From positions 69,874,001 through 69,938,000 of the forward strand of contig NC_042997.1 of the NCBI RefSeq assembly GCF_006345805.1: a stretch of 64,000 bases of DNA, in the 5' to 3' direction. Below, piece after piece: positions 1 to 13,149 of the stretch (position 1 is its first letter; each line of letters opens with the position of its first letter). The DNA comes from Octopus sinensis (lineage: Eukaryota). A program made the translations under genes and the position numbers. The notes below the pieces were generated by a model. It was given only the letters and a program-made list of their open reading frames with translations. It did not search any database and had not been told where the DNA came from.

Positions 1-356
1 GAATAAACCCCTATAATGCAAAATTTTAAAATCTTTGATGTCTTTAGCTAAACATTTGTCTCACTGGTTGCTGTGCAGAGGCACAGGATTAATAGTAAAA
101 AGACCATGTCAGATCCAAATATTGATATACGACTCCTATAGAAGTTTGACAAATGATGTCAGAATATTAAGGACTTGTAGGGACGCTGTATTTCATTATA
201 CAACGGTAATATATCATAAAGTATGTTAAATGTTTTTATAAGTGAATAACACATTCTAAGTTGATAGCGGTGCGCTTTATATCATTTGTTAAGTTTATCT
301 CGACAGATATTCTATAGAAATTATAGCTAGAACTTATTTTTGTTATGGCGTTTACG

Positions 357-392
<36 letters not shown>

Positions 393-1407
393 CACAAACA
401 CACACGGACAGCAACTGCTCTAGCATTAGATATCTTATCGAAAATTTCTTATCGACATGTGCGATGGGATTGCTTATATAGCAAACTATCATTATATATA
501 TCTGTCTGTGTGTGTTTGTGTATGTGAGTGTGTGTGTCTGTGTGTATGTATGTATATGTACATGGATATATGCAAATCCATATGTGTATGTATATGTATA
601 TATGTACATATGTATATATGTGAATGTTTATGCACACATACACACACTGACACAGACATGCATAATTATAGGTCAGACTTCTTTCACTTTCCGTTTATCA
701 AATCTACAGAAAAAAATCTTGGTCGGCTGGAGGCTTCACCAAGGGGCCAAGCAGTGGAAATAAAACTGAAATCAAATTTCCCGCCACACCGCCACGCTTG
801 CGCTTATAAACTGTGCTTTATATATATATATGTATGTATTTGTGTGTGTAATATATATAATACACACGCGCATGCGCACACACACACTCATTTGCCTTAC
901 TCTACACTTGCCTGTCTGCTGGCCTATGGCTTTTTTGCTGTATTTGTATTATTATTTTTTGTTGTTGTCTTCACCTGGTCCTAAGGCCATATTCTGTTTA
1001 TTTATTTCGATTTTTTGTTTGTCCCTCGTCCGTCCACTAACAGTCTCGTATCCATTTTCTTATGTTCATCTTCGTATTTCTAGTTCATCCTTCTCTATCC
1101 ATCTCGTTTTGTTTTGTTATGTTTTGGTCGCATTCCCAGCAAGTTCTTTTGCTGGTTGCCTCCAGAGTGGAAGCAATATTATCGACAATGGCACGAAATT
1201 GCGCTCGGCACCTTGGCTGATAACTGATGAGCAGTTGGTGACTTCCTGTGTTTGTTCTCCACTCGTCTGTGCATTTAGTATATATTTTTCAACTTGACCT
1301 TTTGTGTCTTTTTTGCGTTCTTTTCTTTAATATTTTATGTGTTTGACTTTTGAAAATATTATTCACCTAACGCAACGCACTCGTTATTTTTTTACCTATA
1401 TATATAT

Positions 1408-1449
<42 letters not shown>

Positions 1450-1452
<3 letters not shown>

Positions 1453-1828
1453 ATATATAAACGGCAGTTTGCCTGTGCGTGTTTCTGTGTGTCTGTTTGC
1501 TTGTACCCTCACCCTGACCACGGCTTTCAACCGATTCTGATGAAACTTGACACACACATAACCCAATGTCATAATTCAAAACTAACGCAGCGAAAATTTT
1601 GAAAAGTTCCCCCAGTTCTGAAAAAAATCGATAAATTCGACATGGGGTCGAGAATCAGAAACACAAACCACAAACTGTCTAGGGGACGCAACTCCACCTT
1701 TTTTAAATCTCAAAAAAATTTACCATCATTTTTTTCCATTTTTTTGCTATTTTTTGGCTATAACTCTCTAAAAATGCTTTATAGTTATTTCCCTTACAAA
1801 CCTGAGCAACGCCGGGCGATACTGCTAG
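1450..1828 (+). mobile_element. Non-autonomous Helitron (~380 bp)
   Basis: Starts A|TCTATATAT. Ends with an imperfect GC hairpin (CCTGAGCAACGCCGGG) then CTAG|T, i.e. inserted in an AT dinucleotide with no TSD: canonical Helitron termini. Confidence 0.8.
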
Positions 1829-2169
1829 TATAAGATTTAGGTGAATCTAGCTGATGGAGAATAGTCAAATTTACGTTAACAAACGTATTTTGGAAAGTTC
1901 GAAACTCGCGTCCTAGGTTATCTATTCTAGGAAGTCCATTTTCCAATGTTCTTCCGAGAGGTAAGACGAATATTTTTAAGTTCGCTGCCCGCTTATTTCT
2001 TTGCCAGTATACATTTCAGTGAAGCTTTACATAGCGTCGTATCGTTATCGTCTTCTATTTCCAGCAAACATTGGTGCCTCGTTGTACCACTATTTCTTAT
2101 TCATCGTTCTACCTTTATATTGCTTGCTGGAAAGTAATATTATTGCATTGTATTGCAATGATATTTAAA

Positions 2170-2224
<55 letters not shown>

Positions 2225-2234
2225 TATATATATA

Positions 2235-2265
<31 letters not shown>

Positions 2266-3077
2266 CATACATACATATATACATACATACATACATACAT
2301 ACATACATACATACATACATACATACATACATACATTCATATATATGCACACATACATGCATGTGTGCACTGCCACATGCGCAGATTTTTCTATATTTTT
2401 CACAGCAAATTTCCCATAGTGGTATGGAAAAATAGATCTGAGCCAGACTTATTGAAGCAATGTTTTACTGTTAGATGTCCTTCCTAACCACAACCCATTT
2501 TATCACCTCCTATAATACATAAATTGTGTATTTGAGTGTATTTCTAAACTTAAAAGAAAATTTTCAAACTATGATATTTATATGATATATGATATAATAA
2601 CATTTAATCTTTCATGGGAGATTGATTATTAATTCTTTAAATGTCGGTGGATGGCATCGGAAACTTGCCGATTTGGTCGATTTGTTTGACTAAATGCGGT
2701 GCTCCTGCATGACCGCAGTCAAATGACTGAAACAAATAAAAGAGTAAAAGAATAGAAATGTGTTTTTTCGTCTTAAAATGGTAGAGTGCTTGGGCAGGAG
2801 AGATAAACGATGGTCAGTGATAGAAGAAATGTTTATATAATTTGGGAGCCCACAGAAGATCATTATCATCAGTATTGTCGTCGCCGTCGTCGTCGTTGGC
2901 ATCATCATTGACGTCCTTACCGTCCCCATTTCCATAATCAGACGACGACGACGACGATATTGATGATAATGATTTTCTGGTGGCTCCCAAATTAAGATAC
3001 AAAGCAGCTGCATACATAAATTAATAGAAATGTAAATTTGAATCTGGCGTGGTTTAAACACAGGTTGCAAAGGCGAT

Positions 3078-3294
3078 CCTTTTCTGCTCTAGGCACAAGG
3101 CCCGAAGCTTTTTGGGGGAGGGAAGCAGCCGATTAGATCGATCCCAGTACGCAACTGGTACTTAATTTATCGATCCTGAAAGGATGGAAGGCAAAGTCGA
3201 CCTCGGCGGAATTTGAACTCAGAACGTAGCGGCAGACGAAATACCGCTAAGCATTTCACTCAGCGTGCTAACGTTTTTGTCAGCTCGCCGCCTT
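3078..3294 (-). mobile_element. tRNA-derived SINE, family A
   Basis: Minus strand GGCGGCGAGCTG...GAGTTCAAATTCC (A/B-box-like head) and GCCTTCCATCCTTTC...AAGTACCAG body. ~17-bp TSD AGGTTGCAAAGGCGATC (3062) / AGGTAGCAAAGGCAATC (3295). Many homologues in the window. Confidence 0.85.
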
Positions 3295-3448
3295 AGGTAG
3301 CAAAGGCAATCATACAAATCCAAGAACTTAATACTAATGAATATAATGTTCCTTTATTAATCACTTAGGATATGCAAGAAGTTTGAGAAGGGTCCAATAC
3401 GATACAATACTATGCGGGATTACATAAAAACTTGTAAACAGTAAAATT

Positions 3449-3653
3449 ATCCTTTCAACTAAAGGCACAAGGCCTGAAATTTTAGGGGGAGGGGATTAGT
3501 AGATTACTTCGACCCCAATACTTCACTGGTACTTAATTTATTGATGAAAGGCAAAGTCCACCTCAGCGGAATTTGAATTCAGAACATAAAGACGGACGAA
3601 AACCGCAAAGCATCTTCCCCGGCGTGTTAATGACTCTGCCAGCTCACAGCCTT
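3449..3653 (-). mobile_element. SINE family A, diverged copy
   Basis: Colinear with 3078-3294. Confidence 0.8.
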
Positions 3654-4019
3654 ATACAAGCAGAAAAAAAAACTCAAACTAGGAACATTTCACCCAAAAG
3701 GAAATAAATATATGTGGAAATCTCATAAAACCACGACACTCTACTCACTTCAGTCTATTGACGCATGCTAACAGATGAACGCTTAAATATGACTTCATCG
3801 GGATTTGGACTTCGGAAGTAAGGCACCTTACTTAAATAACCATACTACTAATAAAGAAATATTCTCTTCCTGTTTCTCTTACTCTCCACTTCTCCACTTC
3901 TCACAATATATATGTGAGTGTATGTGTGTGTATACGTACACGCACATAACTGTAATGTGTATATGTCTATATCTCCCTCTATCTTTCTTTCTCTTCCTTG
4001 TTTTGTGTATATACACACA

Positions 4020-4073
<54 letters not shown>

Positions 4074-4195
4074 AACCTACATACATACCTTACTCTTCCG
4101 GTAAAAGAGTGCATCTTTCTTTATTCAGTCGCATCAGTACTTTTCTACATCTCTACATATCTTCCTTGTAGGACACTTCTTTCTTAACTCACTGG

Positions 4196-4228
<33 letters not shown>

Positions 4229-4914
4229 TCTCTCTATATATATATCACTCACACACACACACACACACACATACATAATGAGATTTATGGTCAATAAGCA
4301 AAGAAATCTTGTTTGTGTAGATAAAGATTATTTAATCCGTTACAATATATACAGAGTCGTCCGGTTTCACTTGGTTAATCATGACTCAATATTATGAAAT
4401 CATATTAAGTTTTAGATTTAATCTTGTGTAGAAGGTATGAAAGTTTTACGTTTATACAAGAGAGTTTAGCTGTAGTCTCTATGCTAATTCCCATAAATTT
4501 CTCTTCCCATGGTTTCATCGAACGAATCCGTATACTACACTAAAATACCACGTGATTGTCTTGACTTTTTCTTCATTTTATATTATTCATTTATTTGATA
4601 TTATTATAATTATAATTATTTTATTTTTCATTTTTTGACGAGCCTATAAGTTTGAAAATCTAAAAAAATTAATTTTACTTTAACCTTATTCATCTACCTA
4701 ACATGTTCTTTTCGGTATTAAGGAATTTATAAAAGCTATGGGCATACACCTTCTTCCATAAAACAAAAAGCAAAAGCGTCAACCACTGGCTTTCCATCTG
4801 TATCTTTGACTCTATTCCTATTTGTTTTCCAAATTCTGCACTCAATGAAGATACCGTATATTTCCACATCCTCATTTTGCTTGTTCCGTTTGATGCTGTT
4901 GTTGTAGTGGTTTA

Positions 4915-4941
4915 TTCTTCTTCTTCTTCTGCTGCTGCTGC

Positions 4942-4976
<35 letters not shown>

Positions 4977-5040
4977 TTGTTCTTCTTCTTCTTCTTCTTC
5001 TCTTCTTCTTCTTCTTCTTCTTCTTCTTCTTCTTCTTTAT
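4915..5040. repeat. Compound (TTC)/(GCT)/(GTT) microsatellite
   Basis: Directly visible. Confidence 0.95.
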
Positions 5041-5632
5041 CTTCTTTTCTTTCTCCTCATTCTTCTGCTTCTCCTCCTTCCACTTCTACTCCACTACCTT
5101 CTCTTCCGTCTTCTCTTACGTTCTTCTTTTATTTCACATACAATTATTATCTTATCAATTATATTTTGCTTCTTTGCCTCCTCTAGATTCATTCCCAACA
5201 CCTGCTCCCCTTTTATTTATGGACATTTATTGCTCCCCACTATCAGAAAAGTTGAAGCTAATGTCAAATTTACAAGCCTCAAAAACAATCTCACTCTCTC
5301 AGAATAGTCATTGACATACACCATAGCTCTTCAACACACAAAACCCAAGCGCTAACAACCAGGCAGCACATTACACAAAACAGTGGGCTGCACTACAGTT
5401 CAGCTCGCACACTTACATACACCCATATATATGCATGTGTATACATACATACATACATACATACATGCATACATATATACATATACATATATATATATAT
5501 ACACACGTTCACTTAAGCATGTACACGATCATATATTGCATTCACAAGTATATATATGTATGTATATAAATATATGTATATTTGTATATACATTCACACA
5601 TGTTATAAATTCATATATATATTTATAGCGTA

Positions 5633-5679
<47 letters not shown>

Positions 5680-5743
5680 GTTTGTGTGTGTGTGTATATA
5701 TATATATATCTATATATATATATATATATATATAATACATGTT

Positions 5744-5776
<33 letters not shown>

Positions 5777-5954
5777 TATATGGATGTATATTACAACGCA
5801 ACTATATAAACGTATAATTTCATGCCTACGCACATACGCATACACACACACACAAACACACACCAACACACATAGCTTGTACTTTATGTGTGCGTACGTG
5901 TGTTGGCGTGTTACCTTTGCTCGTTCATTACTTTGTTTTGTATACGCGCATAGT

Positions 5955-6000
5955 TAAAATTACATCTGGTTTCGCCACTTAAATCGCTCATCAGACAATA
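5955..6000 (-). ncRNA. Degenerate hammerhead-like core
   Basis: Minus strand CUGAUGA-gcgau uuaa guggc-GAAAC cagau GUA. Stem I does not pair. Confidence 0.35.
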
Positions 6001-6285
6001 ATGAACGTATGGGTAATAATTCAGAATGTATTGTACAGATGAGCACCTTTCAAGTAAATCTGCTGCACCAAGAATATGATTATTGTTATTCAGTTCGGTG
6101 CATAAAGCACCGATTTCTTTCTTAGTAGAGTTATTGAGAATTCGTTTTGCAACAACGCCAGAAATATAATACAACAATCACACAACCATCTACGAGATAT
6201 CTCATTTTAATTTGAATATTTTTGATTTGTCTTGCAAAGAGATAATAGTACAAATATTACCAAGGTATATTACCCCCCTACACAC

Positions 6286-6389
<104 letters not shown>

Positions 6390-6410
6390 GATAGATAGAT
6401 AGATAGATAT

Positions 6411-6586
6411 AGGCGTGACTGTGTGGTAAAAAGATTGCTTCCCAACCATATGCTTCCGGGTTCAGTGCCACGGCGTGGAACGTTAGTTAAGTGTCTTCTT
6501 TTATCGCCTCAAGCTGACCAGAATCTTGTGAGTGGATTTGGTAGACGGAAACCGAAAGAAATTTGTCGTATATATGTATATATAAA

Positions 6587-6622
<36 letters not shown>

Positions 6623-6765
6623 AGTCTATATTTGTCCCCCACTACCACTTGACAACTGGTGTTGGTGAGTACAAGGCATAACAAAATATAACTACTATGG
6701 TCAATTCATTCCTCTAGAAAAATTGTTCAGCGGTGTCCCAGTATGGCTACAATTTAATAACTGAA
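6411..6765 (+). mobile_element. tRNA-derived SINE, family B
   Basis: GGCGTGACTGTGTGGT...GGGTTCAGTGCC head, GTGAGTGGATTTGGTAGACGGAAAC body and an internal TA/TG repeat. Homologous to 34610-34950. Confidence 0.8.
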
Positions 6766-7109
6766 ACGCGCCCGCGCACACACACACACGCATGCACGCA
6801 CACACTTGATGTCACTGACATACATGTATTTATATTGTGGTTTGTCTGATTTATATGTATATATATATATATATAAATATATACATATAAATCCCCCCCC
6901 AAAAAAAAACGGAATAAGAACGTAACGAACGACAATAAAAACATACGGACAGATAGCCGATACAAAGACGGACAGGGAAAACCATGGTCGAATCATTCGT
7001 GGCCTTCTGTTCATCAGTCAAGCTTCCAGTTATTACAATTTCGGCCTGATACACTTAAGACTTTTCAACATTTTTGGAAGAAACCAAGCGAATATGTACG
7101 ACAACACAG

Positions 7110-7262
7110 ACAGAAGTGTTGCAGGATATTCCGGGGTCGTCTCAAGGCCGTAGTCGAAGCCAATGGCAATTCTATTGAATAAATTTACTCTTCAATATTT
7201 TAAGATATTTTTATATAATTTGGGCAAATATATCTGTTAAAATGAGATGTTAGTGTTATTTT
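7110..7262 (+). mobile_element. 3' fragment of a Tc1/mariner-superfamily transposon
   Basis: Translates CCRIFRGRLKAVVEANGNSIE* (stop ~7182), a typical Tc1/maT transposase C-terminus, similar to the end of the 30.9-31.6 kb relic. Confidence 0.65.
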
Positions 7263-7336
7263 CATTAGTTCACGCGGATAGCCGAGCTCTTCATCGACTG
7301 ACGAGCCGAGTGATCCCCCTCCCCGTCCAGGGTTTC
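7263..7336 (-). rRNA. 5.8S rRNA 5' fragment (orphan pseudocopy)
   Basis: Minus strand GGATCACTCGGCTCGTCAGTCGATGAAGAGCTCGGCTATCCGCGTGAACTAATG matches the conserved 5.8S 5' motif (GGATCACTCGGCTCGT..GTCGATGAAGA..GCGTGAA.TAATG). Truncated after ~70 nt. Confidence 0.85.
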
Positions 7337-7785
7337 GGTATTTGCTACCACTGTTACCGATGACCACGAACTGAAAGGGACTCAGCGCGGCGCGATGCCG
7401 CGCGTTGGCCGCTAAGGAAAAAAATGAATCGAAATGGAAACCGAGCAACGGCGGCATCAGCGGAACAGCCGGCCGCCGGCGGATGCGGGAGAGGAAGGAA
7501 GACTGAGAGAGAGCGCGGATCATGGAGCCTCAAAATGTACAGCACCGTCGGCCGAGCGCTCTGGTTGTCGGGCGAGCGCCGGCTGGATGAGACTTGCGCG
7601 GTCGGCAGCGAGCGCGCGCAGCATGGGAGCGGGCCGCCGCACTGCTGCTGTTGCACTGTTAGAGTGCCGACGAGATGAAGTCGAGGTCCCCGGCCGCGGC
7701 GTAGGAATGGGGCGGTTCGCCGGTTTATCGTGCGTTCAACACCACCGCGTTCGCGTGAATTAGACGACAATTTATTCACCGCACT
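7337..7785 (-). other. Probable ITS1 fragment (GC/CpG-rich island)
   Basis: The only strongly GC-rich segment in the window, directly upstream of the 5.8S fragment. No 18S 3' end seen. Confidence 0.65.
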
Positions 7786-9349
7786 CTGTATATACATACT
7801 CACACATACATACGTAGAGAATATTCAAGGGAGGCAACACACATACATACACAGAGAATACACAAGAGAGACGTTTTCATGAACTGACATAATGTAATAG
7901 GTTTAGATTATGAGTACTCAGTTTGGTTTACCACCAAAACTACGGCTTGAATAACAGCTAAAAAGTGTGATGTTGAGATTGCCTATCAAAGATGACGAGA
8001 AGAGGTTTCTTCTTGAGCGGGTTGATATAGATTAGAAGAAAATGAAAAGACAAAACATTTGTCATCACCCAAAAGAAGCATTTAATTTAGGTAGGGAATA
8101 TAAACATATAATCTCTTACAGCTGTTTCTAGAATAGTCACGCCTATGGACTATGGTATTGAATAAGGATTCCGTAAGCTGGATAACCCATTATCCGAGAG
8201 GGAGAAGGCAGGGAAATGTAATGATGAATAAATATCCCTTATCGAGGATATTAGTATATTCCAGTTGACAAAAATGAAGGGAAGATCAGGGTAAAATAAG
8301 TAGGAGTTATGCAGTTCAATGATCAAATGAATAATAAAGTTATAGGTGAGGTCCATTAGCACGTTCAAATGAGAATGCACGATGATAATCCAGGATAGGA
8401 ATAGTGGAAGTTCCATTTTTGAATAGAATTAATGTAAACGACTTGCCCGCTCCCCCGAAATTGCTGGCCTTGTGCCAAAATTTAAAACCAATATTCGTTA
8501 GACATCTGTTACTTTTGTTCTTCTTTGGTCTCATTTATTTCTTTAATGAAAATGTGCCCCATTTCCACGTCTATCAGTCATATCAGTGTTTCTCAACACT
8601 AGTTATATGATTGTTTTAGTTGCTTACTCCAGTAGCTTTATACTTTCCTATCATCCGATGGTGAACTTTCTTCTAGGGCAGACGTCTTTTCAAGCTGAAA
8701 AAGCCATATTTAATAATTAAAAAACAAAAGCCGGAGTCACATTAATCCTATTTAACAAAAATATTTACAAGAAAACATGGATTTGACTAATTTTTTTCTT
8801 AATGTGACGTTTTTGTTTTGAACCTTATCTGACATTTTCCACGACTGAGTAATTAGTCGGGGCATTTACTTAAATTCTTGATTGCAGGCTTCTTCTTGCT
8901 TTTCGTCCTTTCTCTTTCATTTATTCATTCATCGATTCATTTCTTCACTCATTTCTTCATATCCCTTTATCTTTCCTTTTCCCATGATTTTTAGTGTCTC
9001 TTTTCCTCTTCTTCAGTTCTATATTTGATCTTCGATTCTGAACACCTATTACATCTTTCCGCCTCCATCTTCTTTCATCTATGCAGAAAGACTTTCTCCT
9101 TGTGTTTGTTTGTTTCCTTCTTTTTCTCTCCTACCCGTTCCTTCTATTTCTCGCTCTCCTTTTCTCTCTATCTTTCTGGCCAAACGTTCCTTGAACTAAC
9201 AGTGAAAACCCCTATCGAACTCTCGTACTCTTGTCTTTTATCACCGCTACCACTACCATCACATTCACCGCATGTACCGCAAACTTAAATACAGAAACCA
9301 CAAACATCACTGCCACAGCCGCCGCAATCATCCCCACTACAGCAACAAT

Positions 9350-9351
9350 AG

Positions 9352-9422
<71 letters not shown>

Positions 9423-9442
9423 ACTACTACTACTACTACTAT

Positions 9443-9491
<49 letters not shown>

Positions 9492-9505
9492 GTTGCTGCT
9501 ACTAC
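9350..9505. repeat. (CTA)n/(GCT)n microsatellite
   Basis: Directly visible. Confidence 0.95.
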
Positions 9506-11384
9506 CCCTACCACTAGTACTATGCCGACGACGACCACCACCACCATCATCAATACCACCACCAGCAACACCACCGATTTCACCACCGTTCAACCCCACC
9601 AAAACAAAAAAAAAAAATCACCACAGTAGCATCACAAAAATGCTCCCAGCCCCCTTATTACTTTAATCCTTACAAAGAAACACAACTACGACTCCCACCT
9701 CCACTTCTCTTCGTGCTACCCTTATCATTTTACAACCTAAAATCACACCATCACCATCGCTTCCACCCCCAACTGTGTGAGTACTACTACCTCTATAACA
9801 CTTTCCATGTCAATCATTACATCACCAGCATCACCACCACCACCACTACCAACACCACCACCGCCACTACCATAAAGGGAACCTCTACATCGTTGTGACA
9901 CTTGAAAGAAATAGAAATCATATATTCCTAAATCTTTGAAAGAACAAAGTCGAATAAAGTAATTGTGAGCTTTCTGCACATAGGAAAAAAATTGGATAGA
10001 TAGTCACGGCTGGAATGCTTTTGATCAAAGACTTGTTCAATTGGGTCTGAGACGTGGTTTAAATAACAAGAACCGACGTTTATGTCACTACTTTCAAAAA
10101 CAACAACATAATTCCAGTACTGAAAACCTCTAGCTCTACAACCTCCTCTACCATCATCATCACAACTAACTTAGCACTATTATTACCCCTGCTGCTATTA
10201 CCACCACCATCTCACCAATAGTAACACGAACTAATGACAAGGCCTCGACATAGTCGCTAGACTTATTAAATATACTTGCCCAATGTCCATCAAATCATAT
10301 TTAGCTAACTTTCTGTAGTAAAAAAGGAGAGTATACTGGGTTGTGTTAACCAAGTAAAATTTTCTGAATGAAAGATAGGAGAGTCATAGATGGAATGTGC
10401 TTGAACATAGGATAATATAAAGAGCGACAACAACAACAACAAAATTAAAGCTCGATCTGGTAGTAGTAGTAATATACTTTAATGAAAACGGGATGAAACC
10501 GGTTGGGACGTCTTTGATGTTAGCTTTGCTAAATCTGGTTCTAAACACGACTAGCGATCGCACACCACCATAACCACCATCACCACCACTACCACCTTCA
10601 TCATCATCGGTATCATCATCATCATCATCATCATCATTATCATCGTCGTCGTCATTTTATCCTCATCATCCTCATCAACCTCCTCCACCTCCTCATCCTC
10701 ATCCTCCTCACCTTCATTATCATCGTCGTCGTCACAGCCGCTGTCGTCGGTGTGGTTGAAACAAATGTCACCTCTCGTCATATCAGTTCCATCCTCATCA
10801 TTATCACCATTATCACTACAACCATCTCCATCCACACCGTCACCATCATCATCATTATCACCTTACTCAATCCCCACTTTCGTCCCAATCACTACTGATA
10901 CTACCTCCAGCACTACCATTACCATCACCGCCACCGCCGCCGTCGTCGTTATCATCATCAACATCAGCATAATGGTTACTTTGAAGACAAATCTCACCAT
11001 CAGCACCATCACCTTAACACCATAACTATGTTCAACACTATTCCTTCGCCACCATTACAACTGCTACGATTTCTGCTGCTACCATCACCACCACCACCAC
11101 CGCCGCAACCACCTCTGCCACCACTTCTGCCACCATCACTACCATTATTATTGCATTAATGTTTCCAATACCATTATGGTTGTATGAGAGTAGTGGAAAA
11201 AATTGAACTACACTTATTACGATAACGATCCCTTATTCCTGAGTTCGAACAGCGCTTCCGTCAGTCATTGTGTTTGAGGGTAGAGGGTCAACTACTACCA
11301 GCAGAACAGCAACACTTCTTTGAAATAGCTACGGCAACTACAATACTAGAATAGCGATAACTCTAAAACAGAAACAACAATAAC

Positions 11385-11433
11385 CACCGCCAACACCACC
11401 ACCACCACCACCACCACCACCACCACCACCACC

Positions 11434-11515
<82 letters not shown>
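11385..11515. repeat. (CCA)n-(CTA)n microsatellite
   Basis: Directly visible. Confidence 0.95.
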
Positions 11516-11516
<1 letters not shown>

Positions 11517-11981
11517 CCCGCAGCACGATATAAACCATATGCTTCACCATCCCCACCATCCTCACCATCACCGGCATCATTTTATCCAGCCATATTTCAA
11601 AGTCTCTTATCGCAATATCAAGTATGTACAGATAAAGAGAGGGATGGACGAAGAGGCTAACAGTGAGAGGGGTCAAGACAAAAATTGAGAGAGTGAGAGA
11701 AAGTGAGAGAGTGAGAGAAAGTGAGAGAGAGAGAGAGCGGGGGCAGTGCGACATAGGCACATACACTCACAAGCACACATAAATCAGAGCCATACACACA
11801 CACATGCAGCACTGCATGCGCTTGACTTGGTTGATTTGCCCAAGTCAACGTCAAAACACCTGATCCTCGTTTTCATATAACGTTATGAATATGGTTAGCG
11901 GGTTGAATGTGTGATCTGCCTTGTTTCACATTCAGAAATTTCTTGCGAACAAGCATTTTTCAAAATGGTCTATAGTGTTCA

Positions 11982-12297
<316 letters not shown>

Positions 12298-12451
12298 AGT
12301 TCAGTAAAATTTAGATTCAGTTGAATATGGTACTTAAGTTAAGGCACCAGAATTTAGTATGGTATTATCCATACTTTCATATTATCAAAATGGGGTGATT
12401 ATAATCAAAATAAGCAACAAGGATATCCAGATATCCTCTGGATATCCTTGT

Positions 12452-12501
<50 letters not shown>

Positions 12502-12509
<8 letters not shown>

Positions 12510-12845
12510 GAAAGGATCACAAAAGTACAGCTCCCAAAATTACTGCAGAGCTTAAGGAGCACCCTGAGAACCCAGTTTCAACAAAAACTGTTCGCCGGCA
12601 GCTGCACAAAGCCGGATTTCACGGGAAAGCTACAATTAGAAAACCACTACTTTCAGAAACAAACGTTGCAAAGCGTTTAGAGTGAAGTAAAAAGCTACAG
12701 AAATTGTCCCAAGAGCTGTGGCAGAATGTCATTCTCTCGGACGAGTCATCTTTTACCTTATTTCCGACCACCAGCCAAGTATACGTGTGGAGGCAGCCAA
12801 AAGAAGCATTTGACCCAGAATGCCTTCTTCCAACTGTTAAACTGA
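12502..12845 (+). pseudogene. Tc1-family transposase fragment
   Basis: ...TAPKITAELKEHPENPVSTKTVRRQLHKAGFHGKATIRKPLLSETNVAKRLE*...WQNVILSDESSFTLF...VYVWRQPKEAFDPECLLPTVK: second HTH, KPLL linker and first catalytic Asp (SDES), with an in-frame stop. Confidence 0.9.
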
Positions 12846-13024
12846 CCCCACTATACTGTGTAGTCGAATAAATCAAAACAAACAATGTGCATGAGCGACC
12901 AAAGCCTTCTGAGTGGATTTGGTAGACGGAAACTGAAAGAAACCTGTAATATATATATATTATATGTATATATATATATATATATATATGCATGTATGTA
13001 TGGGTGCATATATATATATGTATG

Positions 13025-13066
<42 letters not shown>

Positions 13067-13149
13067 ATAAGGTGATAAATAAAAATATATGCATACATAC
13101 AAACATATATGTACGTACCTACATCTACATGTATATACACATGCATATA

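Noticed and set aside
1536-1550. CTGATGAAAC in the Helitron as a hammerhead
   Set aside because: No stem II or properly placed GAAA/UH.
7354-7803. GC-rich overlapping ORFs or a CpG-island promoter
   Set aside because: Better explained as rDNA spacer next to a 5.8S fragment. No protein motifs.
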